A stretch of 63,035 nucleotides of DNA, the filler included, from Sphacelaria rigidula (Eukaryota), in NCBI GenBank assembly GCA_964200075.2. It is 6 parts of 6 records of this genome, joined end to end, with 100 filler letters (N's around TTAATTAATTAA, not from the genome) between each part and the next. Parts side by side here need not be neighbours in the genome. Positions count along the whole stretch, not along the records: positions 31,570 to 41,991 come from CAXNAA020006518.1; positions 42,092 to 52,513 come from CAXNAA020006519.1; 4 more parts are not named here. One strand, given 5' to 3'. Shown piece by piece: positions 37,440-50,500 of this stretch. A program made the translations under genes and the position numbers. The notes below the pieces were generated by a model. That model ran no database searches. It saw only the letters and a list, made by a program, of their open reading frames with translations, and was not told the DNA's origin. The stretch's first letter is position 1, and each line of letters begins with the position of its first letter.

Positions 37440-39644
37440 GAGCACGGAGAGGCGTAAAACTACTATACTTGGAAGTTTCGTGAAGTTCGTGTGTTAGTTG
37501 TAGGATTGTGTTGCCTCCTTCTCCTCGGTTGTTGTTCATAGGTTTGGTGTCTTGCTCCATTGTGATTCGTGGCGGTGAGAGTGGACCCCGTCTACTACAC
37601 GAAGGATATCCCGGGGGGGTAACGCAGCATGGCGTGTGCTGTTGTTGATGGCCGCTTGGTTTTTTTGTGGTTCCTGTCTTCCGTGTGTCGTATTTTGAAT
37701 TATTGTTAGCGCGTAGGTTGATGAAGCTGTCTTGCAGTGAGATTATGGGTTGCAGTCAATGTTGCGGAGCAAGGCGGACGAGGGGTCGACCGTAAAGCCG
37801 ACCTGGGGCCACCGACTACAACGCCGCTGGTTCAACAGACGAACAACACCGACAGGGGCGTGCTTTACCAAAGGGCCGAGGTGGCACAAAATTGTGCCTT
37901 GGCAAGGGGAAGCAAAGTTCATTCCCCAGACGAATCCTCCCATGGTCGTCGGCAAATAGGACGATTAAGTTCGTCTCGATGACATGAAGCAACTGGACGA
38001 ATGTTGTAGCCAACATTGCCGTACAGGACGTACTCACGCTACACGTGGTGAAGGAGCAGTTCACCGGGTATCGACTGGCAACCTTACAATGTCAGATGTA
38101 CCCAGCCAACAGAGCATTTCGCATTTTTCGCCTCATCCAGAAACCGTCTGAAACACGAGCACATGGCCATCACAAAAAGCCTGCCCGAACATCATTACCC
38201 CTCTGTTTATTCCTAATGAGGAACAGTACACACCGAGGGCAAACCTCCGTTGCTGCTGTTCGACAGAGAAAAAAAATCGCGGCGTATGTGTCAACGTCAT
38301 CACCTACAAACATGCAGATGGTGCCGAGGGACCCCATATAGGGAAATCCATGCACAATTACCGCCCCCCTCGCCGCAAAAACCTCATTATGGGGTTGGAG
38401 GGGTGGGTTGGGGGTACTCGATTTCATGGGGGGGGGGGTAGCTCCCTGATCGCTGGATGATGGCGATCACCGCACTTGTTTTCGGTAACGTCGGCCTGCG
38501 CCGAGTTTACCGAACGGTAGGTGGTAGGGGTAAGTCCAAGCAAGTAGAGAAGAACATGTCCGCAAAAGCAGGGGGTGGTAATCAAAGCGCTGAGGGTACC
38601 GGCGCTGGAAATATGCCGCAGATTTCACAAGTCTTGAAAGGGGTGAACGTGAAGTGGGCCCGCACACCGGGCACCCGGGAGTTTGGATTGATCTGCCCTT
38701 GCGGGCATAACAATATTTATATACCACGTCAATTACATTTCATGACTGCCGCTACCTCGATGTTGGATATTCCTTTTCGCGAGACCACGGCCACAACATT
38801 GCCCTTTGCAAATCTCCCTCTCTTGTGTAGCAGTGCAGTATGAGTTGCGATATGTAGATATACGGGTGGTATGAACACGACTGTCTGCCCAAACACGGAC
38901 AAAGTACGTGATCATCTGCAACTCACACATTGTACACGTCTATAATACCAGAACATTTTCGTGTCGGCTCGTAACACCGCACAGTCAACTTACTGCATGT
39001 ACATTTCAGGCATTTAGTAGCAGTACAGAATTGTTCGTCGTACACCACCCTCGTTAGCATGGCGGCGGTATCACTGCGATAGTGCCAGGTTGGTAACAAC
39101 CGTCTTGCAAAAGCCAACGGGACTCAATATTCGTTATTCATTATCCAGTGGCTGCCGCAACTCAAGTCATTTTCCAGCCGGCACATTTGCTCTCCGATCG
39201 CCACAAGAACAACTGACACAAGAAAATTCCTCGGTTTTGGGCTGCTCACGTTAAGGCAAACCCGGAGATATCTAAATGGTCGTTCAATTGAGTTTACCAG
39301 TGGAGAAACAGGAAGAAAAAGGTTTTTCCAAAATTGATTTGGCATTTTCCTCAATCTCGACCGCGGGTAGCGGTAGTGCATGGATTTCCCGATATGGGTC
39401 CCCTCGATGCTACCGCATGAAAATTCCCTTCCTTCTTCCGACGTTCACAACAACCGGCATATTCTCGTCAACTCGCGGCGTTCGCTAACTAACTGAAAAG
39501 AGCTGACGGTTGATGACCGAAAGCAAAAAACTGTACATCCGATCCACACAACGCCGAACACCGCACACGCCATATACCCTCACCGCCGACCCGATCCGAC
39601 CTCATCCCACCCCCAAACAACGGCGAAATATAAAACGGTCAACA

Positions 39645-39815
39645 CTAGCCCCTGGAGCGTTTACTGCGGTGACCCCCCCCGCCGCCCCCTCCCCTTTGGC
39701 TTTGTGGCGCTGCGGGTTGCTGCGGTGGATTTCCGGCCAACGCGTTGGAGAGCATGTCCGAGAAAGACATGCCGCTTGTTGCGCTTGTGGCTGCCTTGTG
39801 CTGCCCTTGGATTTC
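39645..39815 (-). CDS. EMC7: ER membrane protein complex subunit 7, last exon
   Basis: cag|GAA ATC CAA in phase with the upstream exon; low-complexity tail with a basic end and a TAG stop. Confidence 0.72.
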   Translation of the reverse strand, partial: EIQGQHKAATSATSGMSFSDMLSNALAGNPPQQPAAPQSQRGGGGGGGHRSKRSRG

Positions 39816-40100
39816 CTGTATCGTGTGTTTCCGGTGGAATTGGGTGGATGCAGAGTAGTTCGTCAACATAATATGTGACCCCGCCGCGCTGAGGTGTCTT
39901 ACCCACTGTCTCGAAATGGGACAGGGTGGAGAAGAAAAGTCACGCCAGTAGATATAATACTACGCGTTTTTTTTTTTTTTCCCGAAGAGTATCAGATCTT
40001 TGTCGTTGAAAACGGGAGGACGTCAAATTATTGGTAGCCTCGATGGTGGGGGCATGTCAAACAAATGTCTCCTAGAAAGAGTGAATCGCGCGAATCTCAC

Positions 40101-40239
40101 CTCCAGCTGCTCAGGGTCAATGTTGGCCATCATCTTAGGAAGTAAGAACATCAGCCCGAAGGACACGATCATCATGATGGTCATGGGGCTTTTGAACATG
40201 CCGCCCACCTTCATGCCTTCCTTCTTTTCGAAGTGATTC
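40101..40239 (-). CDS. EMC7: ER membrane protein complex subunit 7, transmembrane exon
   Basis: HFEKKEGMKVGGMFKSPMTIMMIVSFGLMFLLPKMMANIDPE resembles the EMC7 YF..RE....F.NPM..MM......LPK....DPE motif; canonical splice sites. Confidence 0.82.
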
Positions 40240-40344
40240 CTGTCAACAAACAAAACCGAATAGCGTGCGCCAGGACAAAATATATTGTACAATGCCGCGC
40301 CCCGGTGGTGTAATGGTTCACGGTTAGGACAAATCACCTTGTGA

Positions 40345-40600
40345 GTCAACTCAAAGTCATCATCTCAATGAATAAATCATGCGGTTCGTACATCAGTTGT
40401 AATCCACCCAGTCAACCATTCTTCATGACGCAAGGCGTGATGTAATCCACGCAGTCAACCCTTCTTCGTGACTCAAGGCGTGAACGGCTCGTACATGCAC
40501 GCCATGTGCGACAAGTTCGACATGAGCGCCGGTATATATTTACCACCTTCGGATGAAAGCGGGACCTACGTAAGTCAACAAGGTTAATTAATCTGCAGTC
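40345..40600. repeat. Intronic repeat, related copy at ~41640-41990
   Basis: Shared CATCAT.TCAATGAATA.ATCAT....CGTACATC and CCACCTTCGG...GCGGGAC. Confidence 0.6.
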
Positions 40601-41324
40601 ATGGGGCCTGAACCACACACACTTTTCTCAAACCTGTAATGCGCACAAGATGCCTGCACTGCACAATATGTTATATGTTATCCACCCTCGAGTGAATGTG
40701 GGACCAACACTCGGCAAAGGATTGAATTCTGCCATTTCATGTTCATGGGGCCTGTATCACGCGAATTTTTTCCCCATGGATAATGCCGTGCATATGTGTT
40801 ATCCACCCTCGACTCAGCGGACCAGTGGTTTATACAGCATGACTGCTTGCGTATCATGGCGAGTCAACATAACACTATATCCGACAGATACAAGGAGGCG
40901 CGGCAGTTCGCCGCGGCTGTTTAGTACCGTGCACGAGCGGTACCTCTGCGTAATGGTGGAAATATGCGTTCTTCCAATCAAGAAACATCGACGGCGTGGT
41001 CGTATGCTGTTGTGCTGGGACCTCACAGGAAGGAAACACGCAATATTGTACTGAAAGCACCTGTACGAATTGCTCCGCCGTGCTGGTACACGAAGCACTA
41101 TTCACCTCTCTGTGCTTCAGACTAACCGACAGCGAAGGGGATGTGGCCGGTACCATAGTACGGGAAAAAAACATGGAGTATATTGTAGATTGCACATCGT
41201 GAACAAAGTTGCGCAGTGGTGTACGGTGGTTCACCGCAGTTGGCAATTGCTGTGTAAAAACAGACCTCGACGGAACCCACTTCCTTGTCCGGGCCCAACA
41301 AAGCATAGCACAGTAGCACGGATA

Positions 41325-41410
41325 CACTACGCTGGGCTAAGCTAGCCTACACTACACTAGACTAAGCTAGCCTACACTACACTACACTAGACTACAATAA
41401 ACACTACAGC
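41325..41410. repeat. Degenerate pentanucleotide (CTACA/CTAGA/CTAAG)n satellite
   Basis: Directly visible. Confidence 0.85.
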
Positions 41411-42091
41411 ACATCACGGCACAGTTCCGCACAAACCACCACGGCAGCGTACTGTGTGCTCCCACAATACAACACTGTACGCTGCACTACACTACACTCA
41501 CGGGCTAGCTACACTTACCACAACAGAACAAGCCCAACGCAGAGCAACGCAGTATAACACAGAACATTACTGTGATACCCTACCGTACCGTGAACGGTAC
41601 CGACTGCGCAAACGATTCAGAATTTTTGGTGATGTGACATGATGACTCTTATTCACTCAGAGCCATCATTTCAATGAATAGATCATACTAGTCGTACATC
41701 ATTATTTGTAGATCATACAGCTTCTTAGCTTGTGCGTGGCTCAGTATAACCCGAATTTCCTCGCTTCATATCTTCCATGACTTCCGGGGTAAATAATGGG
41801 CACATGAGTCAACTCTGCGCTGAAAATTTCGATGCGTATATTATACCTGTCACGCATTTCTTATAATCATGAGTCGGGAACGTCATGTACAACTTGCTCG
41901 GCCAACTTGTTGGGGATGAGCGCCCGCACATTTTTCCCACCTTCGGGCTAATGCGGGACTGACAAGTTGTATACAGGTTGACTCTTCACTTNNNNNNNNN
42001 NNNNNNNNNNNNNNNNNNNNNNNNNNNNNNNNNNNTTAATTAATTAANNNNNNNNNNNNNNNNNNNNNNNNNNNNNNNNNNNNNNNNNNNN

Positions 42092-43486
42092 CAATGATCC
42101 CCCGCTCCGCGAGTTTCTGGACCTCGTCTTGTATAGCAGTTTCTTGTTCCGGCGAGTATCGTCTAGTACCAGCAGCGAATGGCCGGCACCGGGGATCCTT
42201 CAGTCGTAGATGCAATGGCTCCCCACGCACTGCTTTCACCCGCTTGGGGTCCACCGCGAATGCTTCGTTGAAGTCTCTCAACACGGATAACAGCTGGATC
42301 TTCTGCACCGGATCCAACTGGCCCATGTTCGCCTCCGTGAGATCTACTCCTGTGGCTCCAGTTGTGTCCTTCTCCATTTTCGTTGATTCCGGCGGCGGTT
42401 GGGGAGGGGCTGGCGTAGTCCCTCGATCCTCCAGCCTCGACTCCAGCGTGATACCCGTGTCGGACACATACAGATTTTGCAACCGCTCGCGATCTCGAAC
42501 ATTTACGGCTACAACCTTCGCCACTACCATACCTTTCTTCACTAGGCGAGCACTCTCGGCCGTGTTGACCACCTTACATACTAACGGTAACGGTGGGTCC
42601 CACCACTGCACTTCCCTGGCTACCCCTATCTCGGCTTCCTCATCTAAATCGAACAACTTTCGAGGTTCGATCAACACGAGTTGACGTTCCTGCGGTTGAA
42701 GACTTCGCACATAGCCTGGAACTAGCTCGCTAACGAAGCCTGCTAACCTTGCGTCCTCCGTCAGCCGCAGAAGCCACTGAAGTGTAGCGTCGTCTTCCCA
42801 CGCCGCTCCAAGGCTCTTCCACACCTCATCCCATGCTGCCAGATCGCTCTCTTCCGACAACACCCCCGTCGGGTCTTCACTGAGCGCTTTTGGCTTGACA
42901 GCACAGAAGAGATTCCACCTTGCCAAATCTCCTTGGCCGGTGAGGTCATCGGTGTCAACAGCTGCGAGTTTTGGTGAACCGTTAGACACGAATCTTACCC
43001 ACGGAGCCTCCGGCGAAGGTCGAAATCCTTATCGACCTTCAAAAGACAGTGTACTCTTGTTCCTTCTAAAGAAACTTGCCCCCAAAATGAATCCGTACGG
43101 CAATCCATCGACCACCCTGACCCATACTTTCCTTATTCTATCCCTTGGGTGGAACCGAATCGGGATTACCGTTGACCCTAGAATCTTCATCGGTGGCGTC
43201 CGGCTGTCACTAGGGTTTGCTGCCCTCAAAACTCCTGCTCCCTGTCGCTGCAGCTTGCCTGTGATATTACCCCACGTCACCAACGACTTCCACCACTGCT
43301 TCGATGCATAGCTACCCCCCCCGCCCCGGTGTCCAGTAACACCGTTACTGGTAAACCGTGGCTACTTTTGCTGTGGTGCCAAACTCTAGCTTGCACCCAC
43401 AGTTGCTGTGCATCGCCACCCTTTACTGCTGATAAACTATCTACGTACACGCTGTCCCCCGGGGACTGCGGCCCCAGGGCGCACCC
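42092..43486 (-). pseudogene. Ty3/Gypsy pol 5' part: aspartic protease, linker, start of RT; truncated by the contig edge
   Basis: VLLDTGAG and LPYGFILGASFF protease motifs (frameshift in a G-run at ~43315, TAA at 43029); RRYSPEQETAIQDEVQKLAERGII is the Gypsy RT N-terminus. Confidence 0.92.
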
Positions 43487-45609
43487 TCATTCCTGGCTTG
43501 TGGCGTCGAAACGGTTGCTCAGTGCATCAACTGTCTCGACTACCTCCTCCTCGTCGCCGCTTTCTGGTTTGTCCAGTCCGTGGTTGAACCCCCGATCTTC
43601 GTACTGGCTGTCAATCAACCCGAACAACTCCTCCAGTTGTAGGTTCATCAGCCTGTCCCTCTTCGTCTTGGGCTTTGCTTGTTTCTGCTCCGGTTGCTTG
43701 TAATGACCGAAGGGAATTCGATCTTGATCATGGGAGTAATTGCAGTCGCCCTTAGAGTCCTTGCTGCTGCAGTCTCGTCCATATGCGTGGTTGAAACACC
43801 CCCCCAGCAAACGGATGACGACGTCGCGCTCCTCCTTGGGCGCATTGCGGGCAGGGAGGAACCCGGTCGCCGGTGCTTCCCCTCGCGTGTCAAAGTTGAC
43901 ACGCTTGGTGGGCTTAGCTGATTCTTCCCTCGGGCGCTTCTGTGCTCCACGAGTAGATGAAGGTGTCCCGAAAGGCGTGCCGCCTCGTGGTGTTGACGCC
44001 TTTTGGTTGCTGAAGGCAGCAACGGAGTCGAAGCCTTGCCCTTGGTTCTCTTCCTCTGCTTCTTGCATGAGTCGCTTCTTAACTTCTACCAACCCCGCGT
44101 ATATGGGCTTGGGTGCGGGGCGTGTTAATGCTGCAGTAGTGCTGTTCATCATCTCAGTAGATGTTCTAGAACATTCATAGTGACGTTGAACGGCCGATAC
44201 AAATTCACTTTATATATGATACGTGCGGCGTCCTCGCTCCTTCATGTTGGGGCTGCACGGGTCTCCATGGTTAACTGATAAGGAGCGGACGTCGTCCTCT
44301 AAGGCTTTGTTGGGTGTTTGTAGCAACGTATGTGATACGATCTGTGCAGTCTGGTCGGGGATTACCAACTTATGGAAAGTGCTGCACATCTGTAAGACCA
44401 AAACTGCCGAGGCTGTCCTCCAGAAGTATTCCTCCTCCGCGAGATGTGGAGAGGCTGAAGAAACCGTGGCCGCCATAGTTAACAGTATCAGCCGATGAGC
44501 GGCTGCTACATAACTCTCATTCTTGAGTAGTTTCATTTTGTGCAGTGCAGTCTGTGCATGGCTTACACCCATCCTCGCTTCTTCTGCTACTAGCTTCCGG
44601 AGCCACTCCAGAGCAGTTACGTCTCCAAACGGTACGCGTATGAAATTTCCTGTTACGCCAGGTACCGAGATCTGGTTCTCCCTCCAACTTGTCATCTCCG
44701 TATACGTCGCGGAAGTAGGCAGCATTACACGCATCAGAAGGTCCCTGCGTCTATCTGTGTACTGATTCGCTTGTGGTTTCAGCGGCTTACTGGCCATGTG
44801 TGCATCAGTAGGGACGCTCCAATTCCCCCCTCCGTACGCCGCGAGCGTGGTACGAAAATGGTTCGCGAACAAGACCGCTTAGTTATGATCAGTCAGTTCT
44901 GCATTGTAATCTACAGACCGTCCCTTGTAAACGATGGTGTCGGTGTCTTTGGAACCGAGAAGCTTGGCCAAAGTGTTTGCTTGACGGGACATCGCTTGTT
45001 GGTGTTTCAGTACAGCCGACCAGTTGTGATCAGATGGGTATGGTGCGGGAACACGAGGGTACGTGGCCCCATACGGAGTCAGCTCATCCAGCCTGGATTG
45101 GGCTGCTGGGGTTACACCAGAGGGATTGAGAGATCCGTAGAACGGACTGCAGTCGAGACTGACCGGGTCTGGCGCGACCGTAAACCTCGAGGGGCGCTGT
45201 GGGGGCAACGGCGGTGGAGGTAGCAGCTGGGAATGAGCGAAATTTCCATCGGCCGGGGCTTGATGAGCCCCCTGTGGCACAGAGACTGGCATTGCCGACT
45301 GAATAGGCGGAGGAACAGACGGCGGGACATGCTGAGGCATCGGGCCAAAGTGCCCTTGCTGTTGCTGTTGCAGAACCTGCTGATGAGGATGTGCGACCAC
45401 CTGTTGCTGCGGAAGCGGTCCTATAGCCTGCTGCTGAGGGAGTACGGCTGAACAGGTCCAACAAACTGTTGCTGAGGAGGTGCAACAGCCTGTTGTTGCT
45501 GAACAGGGACGAAAGGTTGCTGCTGCTGAGGGGCTTGCACTGGAGGCTGTTGACTCGACCCGGATGGGTAGAGGGGTTGGGCTTGCGGGTTCAAGGGGTT
45601 TCCGCTCAT
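43487..45609 (-). pseudogene. Ty3/Gypsy gag-like ORF (Q/P-rich N-terminus, CCCH finger), disrupted
   Basis: ATG at 45609, frameshift near 45445, in-frame TAAs at 44879 and 44210; the ORFs are co-framed and lead directly into the protease. Confidence 0.75.
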
Positions 45610-46353
45610 CCTTTTGCCGATTTTCGAGTTGGCTATTCGGTACTTGAAACGATAACCTGCACACATATGTCACATGGATATAATAAAATCAGTCAAACGT
45701 ACTTCATAATATTGACACAGTACCTCACCGTCTCGTGGGCGCGTTGGGCAGAATGGGGTGAGAAACGTCCTTAACTCATCAACGGCGAAATGGGATAGAA
45801 CAGACAGCCTCAATTTTCCATCATGGTACAAGAGTGGAAAGCAGAAAGGGAAGGTGAACAAGGGGAAACCGGAACGCAGGAAAGCATGACAGAAAAATTG
45901 ATCGCGCGAGACGGGTTCATGTGGGCATTCGGCTCGGATTTCCCTAAATGGGGAATAATCAAGGATATTCTCCCAGGCTTCGGCCTCCTGTCAACCTGGA
46001 AGAGCACGCAGGGGGAAAAATGTAGCTACCATAAACCTGTTCGAACGAGCACGGTATTGCTATCTTGGGCCTCCGTCCTCCTTCATTTCCTGTATGTAGT
46101 ATATTTCCTGCCTGTTTGTGGGTGAGCCTTCTGTATAACGCACGCATACTACGAAATCACACGAATTTCCCAATTCATTCACACGTTGTCTGGCTTACAT
46201 GCTAGCAAAGTGCATAATGTCCTCAATTATTCCTCTCGTAGTTCGGCACCAGCCAACCACCCTGTCGATTTCTCTTTGATATATACTTCGGCAAAAGGAT
46301 GCATGGAGCCCGTAGACCCTCAAGACCAGCAGCCCCATCCAGAAGAACCCGAA

Positions 46354-46570
46354 TGTAATGCGTGAGAGGACCGCGTGCTTAGAGGACCGTGCCGTAGTTC
46401 AAAATACCTCAGGATCGACGTTTTTAAAAACCAATCGGGCCAGTCCCTGCAGGTACTACGCCCCTGACCCTAACCGTAACACTAACCCTAAACCTAAACC
46501 TAACCCTAACCATAGGGATGTTCAAATTCCGATGCGGTCCTTTAAGCACGCGGTCCTCTCACGCATTGCA
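46354..46570. mobile_element. 217-bp MITE with 36-bp TIRs and an internal telomere-like tract
   Basis: TIRs match at 34/36 positions; flanked by CCGAA on both sides; CCCTAA/CCTAAA variants at ~46462-46511. Confidence 0.85.
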
Positions 46571-47299
46571 CCGAAGGTGGTCACAACATGCCCGATTAGA
46601 CGATCAACTCTTGTAGTTGGTCGCCAGCGCGTGCAGAGTAGACAGACAACGAAAATCGGGGGGGTAACGTTTGTCGGGTAGCCTTGTGCAGGTCTTTTGG
46701 CTTGCAACATTCTCAGTAGTTGCCCAATCGCGGCAGTGTTGAGGTGATCAACGCAGCCATGGGTGGAAGACTTAGGGGACCCATGACAATATTGCGGAAG
46801 AGAAAACAATATTATGGTCAATGTTTGAGTACACTTGGATACGATCCTTTCATGTATTTAAATCCATGAACTAACTACAATACACCGTTGGGTCCGGTCT
46901 ATTCAACATCATAGAAATACACCCCACAGCCTTGAGCTATCCTGACAGTGAGAACCCCGTTAAGGTTACTTCCATTTTCATGACAACAAGCATTCCGACT
47001 ATCAGTGCTTACCCCCCCTAGGCCAGGAGGTAGGGTAAATGCCTCATGTGTAGTAACCTGCGTAATTAATGATTCACTGGAGATTCATTGTAGACAAGTC
47101 ACAATGCGTTTTAGTTATAGGCGCAGACATTCTACACCACTGCGTGAAATTGATGCTCATTCAACAGATGACCTGCTCTCGTTGTCTAAAGGCTAACCGC
47201 AATCCTCTTCAACACCCTACTCAACACGAGGCAGTACTCTAAAACTGCTGGTTCAAGACAGATAACAGCACGCGGCAGCTTTGTGGCTGCATGTAATGA

Positions 47300-50200
47300 T
47301 TTGAAGTAACAGCACATTCTAAGCGTAGCTGGCTTCAGTGAACGAACTCGAATATCCGGTCCTGGCTACCGGCCTTAATACAGTGCTTGCGTCGTGAAGC
47401 TAATCACATGCAGTGATACCAAACCACCGTACAGTTCAATACTGCTCGATCACTCAATCATAATGGGTTTGCTCGATGTGGTGTACGCCCATGATCAGTT
47501 TCTCCGAACTCTGTTAATTGCCCCACATCGTGTGCGCAAATCGATCAACAATACAGTACCACCTAGCATAGCTATAATCCAAAAGGAACCTTTTTGTTCC
47601 TCCTTGAAAAGCACACTAGATGTGCATTACTAGATTGAATACAGAGTCAAGGAGTTCAGCGATATTCTCGTACTGGGCTGTGAACAGTCAATACAGTCAT
47701 TATATACCGCCCTCCTTGTAAGCGCAGTCACAACTCAATCAACCGGTCGTCTGTAGAGGGTATAATTTAACGTCACGACCCAGCTTTAGAATAATTGACT
47801 GTCCATATGTCGTGATACCCCGCGTTCAACAATCACAGGGTCGCCTGTCTCACCCGTAGACTATCGTAACGGTAACACGATGGCTGAGGACAACATAACA
47901 TTGCCCTTTGCAACTGCATCACTTGGCAATAACTGAGCGCACAGCAGCTGTTGCGTGGTAGGTTCTACGACCGGTGTAGCGGAATGAAGATTCTCAAAAT
48001 GTTTCCTTGATCATGCCGAATCAACCATCGTTAATAGATCCGACTTTTTCTAGAAAAAGTTCCACGGCTCTTTCTAGAAAAAGTATCAGTCTGGATTACT
48101 CAAAGCGAGAGAGGAGCGAGCCTCAAGAGGTATAACCACAGCTGTAGCCTGGTGCGCAGAGTCATCCTACGATAGAGGGGAGGGTATTTTGAGCCACTTA
48201 TTGCACGAAATTCTAAGGCCTATCGTCGTTGAGATCAGCAACGGTTGCTCGAGCGAGCTCGTTATAGATGAATAACGCTCATTTGTAGCAATTGACGCCG
48301 TTATAAACCAAATACAAGCGCATCGCGAGTGTGGCAGGTCGTCTGACACAGTTTTGAGCCTTTTTTTTCGTGCAATCAAACACCCCCCCCCTATCATAGG
48401 ATGACTCCGCAATGCACTTAGATCCACAGCCCACATCAGAAGTCGATTGAGTTGAGAATACACCCATCATGGCTCCATGTTCCTCACTCTATCGCCGTCT
48501 GAGAGTTGATACATCCGAAGTAGCACCGGCACGCTGCGTTAGGCATCATAGTCAGTCTGACGTTTCACACTAGTGACGGCTCATAAACTTGAGTCTAACC
48601 CTCCCGATAGCATTCGCCAAGTGCCATCTCACGGTATCCAATAACGGTGAAATGAATGCAAGCGGGTAGCACGAATGCCACAAACCTCAATCGTCACGAT
48701 CTTTTCCTCCATGGGTTACAACTGTCATGGCAGCACAAGGTTGATTGATCACGTTGCCAAGTTCTTCAACCTATGAACTCGAGCGCTGGCGGTCAATCCA
48801 ATGGTCAGATCATCCGTAATTATACTAAAAAAATGTGTATACGGATAGTTTCTTTGTACATCATACAACAATGCTCTCGGCACGACTGCTTGTGCGGGGT
48901 TTCCCGTGGTTGCAGACATGCATTAGCTACCTCTCATCACAGCGATGGCTACTATTCACAGCTGTAGCATGGTAGTCCGAACGGGTGTCTTGTCTTCGCC
49001 TGGAAACATCAGTTTATGTTATGAAAGGACCTCGTGCATCGAAAGATATAGGTCGTTGGTATCTAATAATCTTTGTCTTAAAATCTTTCATCGGTGAACG
49101 GGCCTTTGTGAGGTGCAGGGCAACTTGACCAGTTGAGTTGTTCAGGAGGGTGCGCACCTCCAATATCCGCTGCATGATATACAAGCCTCCATGTGTTTTA
49201 CCTCACTGCAAACGGACGGTGTACTACCACACCCGTGCGTTGTGCACAGTAAGCCTACAGCCGTTTCATAGCTTGGTGTGGAGACGATGTCAGCATGTAG
49301 CAGTATCGTGCCTGACCTAATTTTTATGTACTTACTCAGGTGACTAATTACACGAGAAATTGCCCTTCACATGCTGTTTTACCGTAACATAGATAGACAC
49401 ATAAAGCCCAGCGGTAAAAAATGATCGCCATTTTCACGCTATAGACACATCTTCAGTGGCGCCGGATAAACCCAGTAGGCAGCGGCTTAAAGTGTATACG
49501 CGATCGCCTGCTGACCAGTTGATTTACTTTTACATCCCCAGGTAACGCCTCGGTTTACTTTTGGTCCACGACCTCGAAAAGAAAAACAGACGTCGTTTTT
49601 CGGACGGGTCTGGATTTTAAATCGAATGGCCCGCCATTACATTGTTAGCTGTAAGGGTATGAGCCCTTTTACTTACGTATGTGGCGGTGCTTTATGTTCT
49701 CCATTCATTTTACATGTACGCACTCAAAATTCAACCTTCCGCTTGGACAGCTGACTCATCTTGAAGCTCTTTCCAAAATTGTATCTGGTAGCATTTGTCG
49801 TCTGCACGATGTATTCTTGTTTGATATTTTAAAGTATATAAAGGACTCGAATCCCTGAGCCGTTGCTACACATCTCCTCCTACAGCATGATACCTTTCTG
49901 AAGAACCCACAGATGATATAGTGTAGCACAATAGTCCCGGTTGGAAGCACCATGATACAAACAGAATAGTTTTGGCCATAGTGGTCGTCCACATGCGTGT
50001 CTCTACTGTACAAGTCGAGTACTAGAGCGAACAACAATAGCATTCCGGCCATGCAAGTTACGATGTCTCGCTAGCTCATGCATGATATGACTTACTTCTA
50101 CTATAGGGTTACACATTTCGCCATTTTCATTTGTGCACACAGTTCGTTTTACTATCATGCCGATCTTCTTGCAACTGCTCGTTGCCTGATTCAACCTCGT

Positions 50201-50500
50201 TACAGTCTCACCGTTATGTCTGAAACAAGAGCAAGCTCACAGTACGTGGGAAAGTCCAATGCAGAACGATACACGACGAACGTCACGATATCTTGATCAC
50301 CGCTTCAGGTCGATTCGATTTCTTTTTCCACATGGTGGGGTTTACCTCAGCACTTGACAGAGAGTGAATCCCAGGGTGGCAGCTGGATCGATTCTTGTAA
50401 AGAACCGGATCCAACCAGATGTAAAGAGGCATGTTTATGTATGCCGTCTTGTGACGGATTACACCGCCTTCACCCCTGACCACGGTACTAGCCAGTTCCC
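47300..50500 (+). pseudogene. Highly decayed Ty3/Gypsy pol (RT-RNase H-integrase order); boundaries approximate
   Basis: Manual translation gives remnants in the expected order: DCLCG (~48883), GVLSSP, WYLIIFV..LFRRVRTSNIR (~49060-49170), LRMWRCFMFSIHFT..FDILKYIKDSN (~49673-49855), HNSPGWKHHDTNR (~49927). Confidence 0.55.

Noticed and set aside
43029..44881. Alternative genetic code (TAA = Gln) in the Gypsy element
   Set aside because: Only three TAAs against many CAA/CAG codons, and frameshifts are also present, so ordinary decay explains it
46241..46251. TGGTGCCGAAC as a tRNA primer-binding site of the Gypsy element
   Set aside because: Short match not preceded by an LTR-ending CA, and no second LTR is available to confirm it
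49640..49870. Polinton-type DNA polymerase-like words (AQGFES, KGSYPY) on the minus strand
   Set aside because: The plus strand fits Gypsy RNase H better and in the correct domain order
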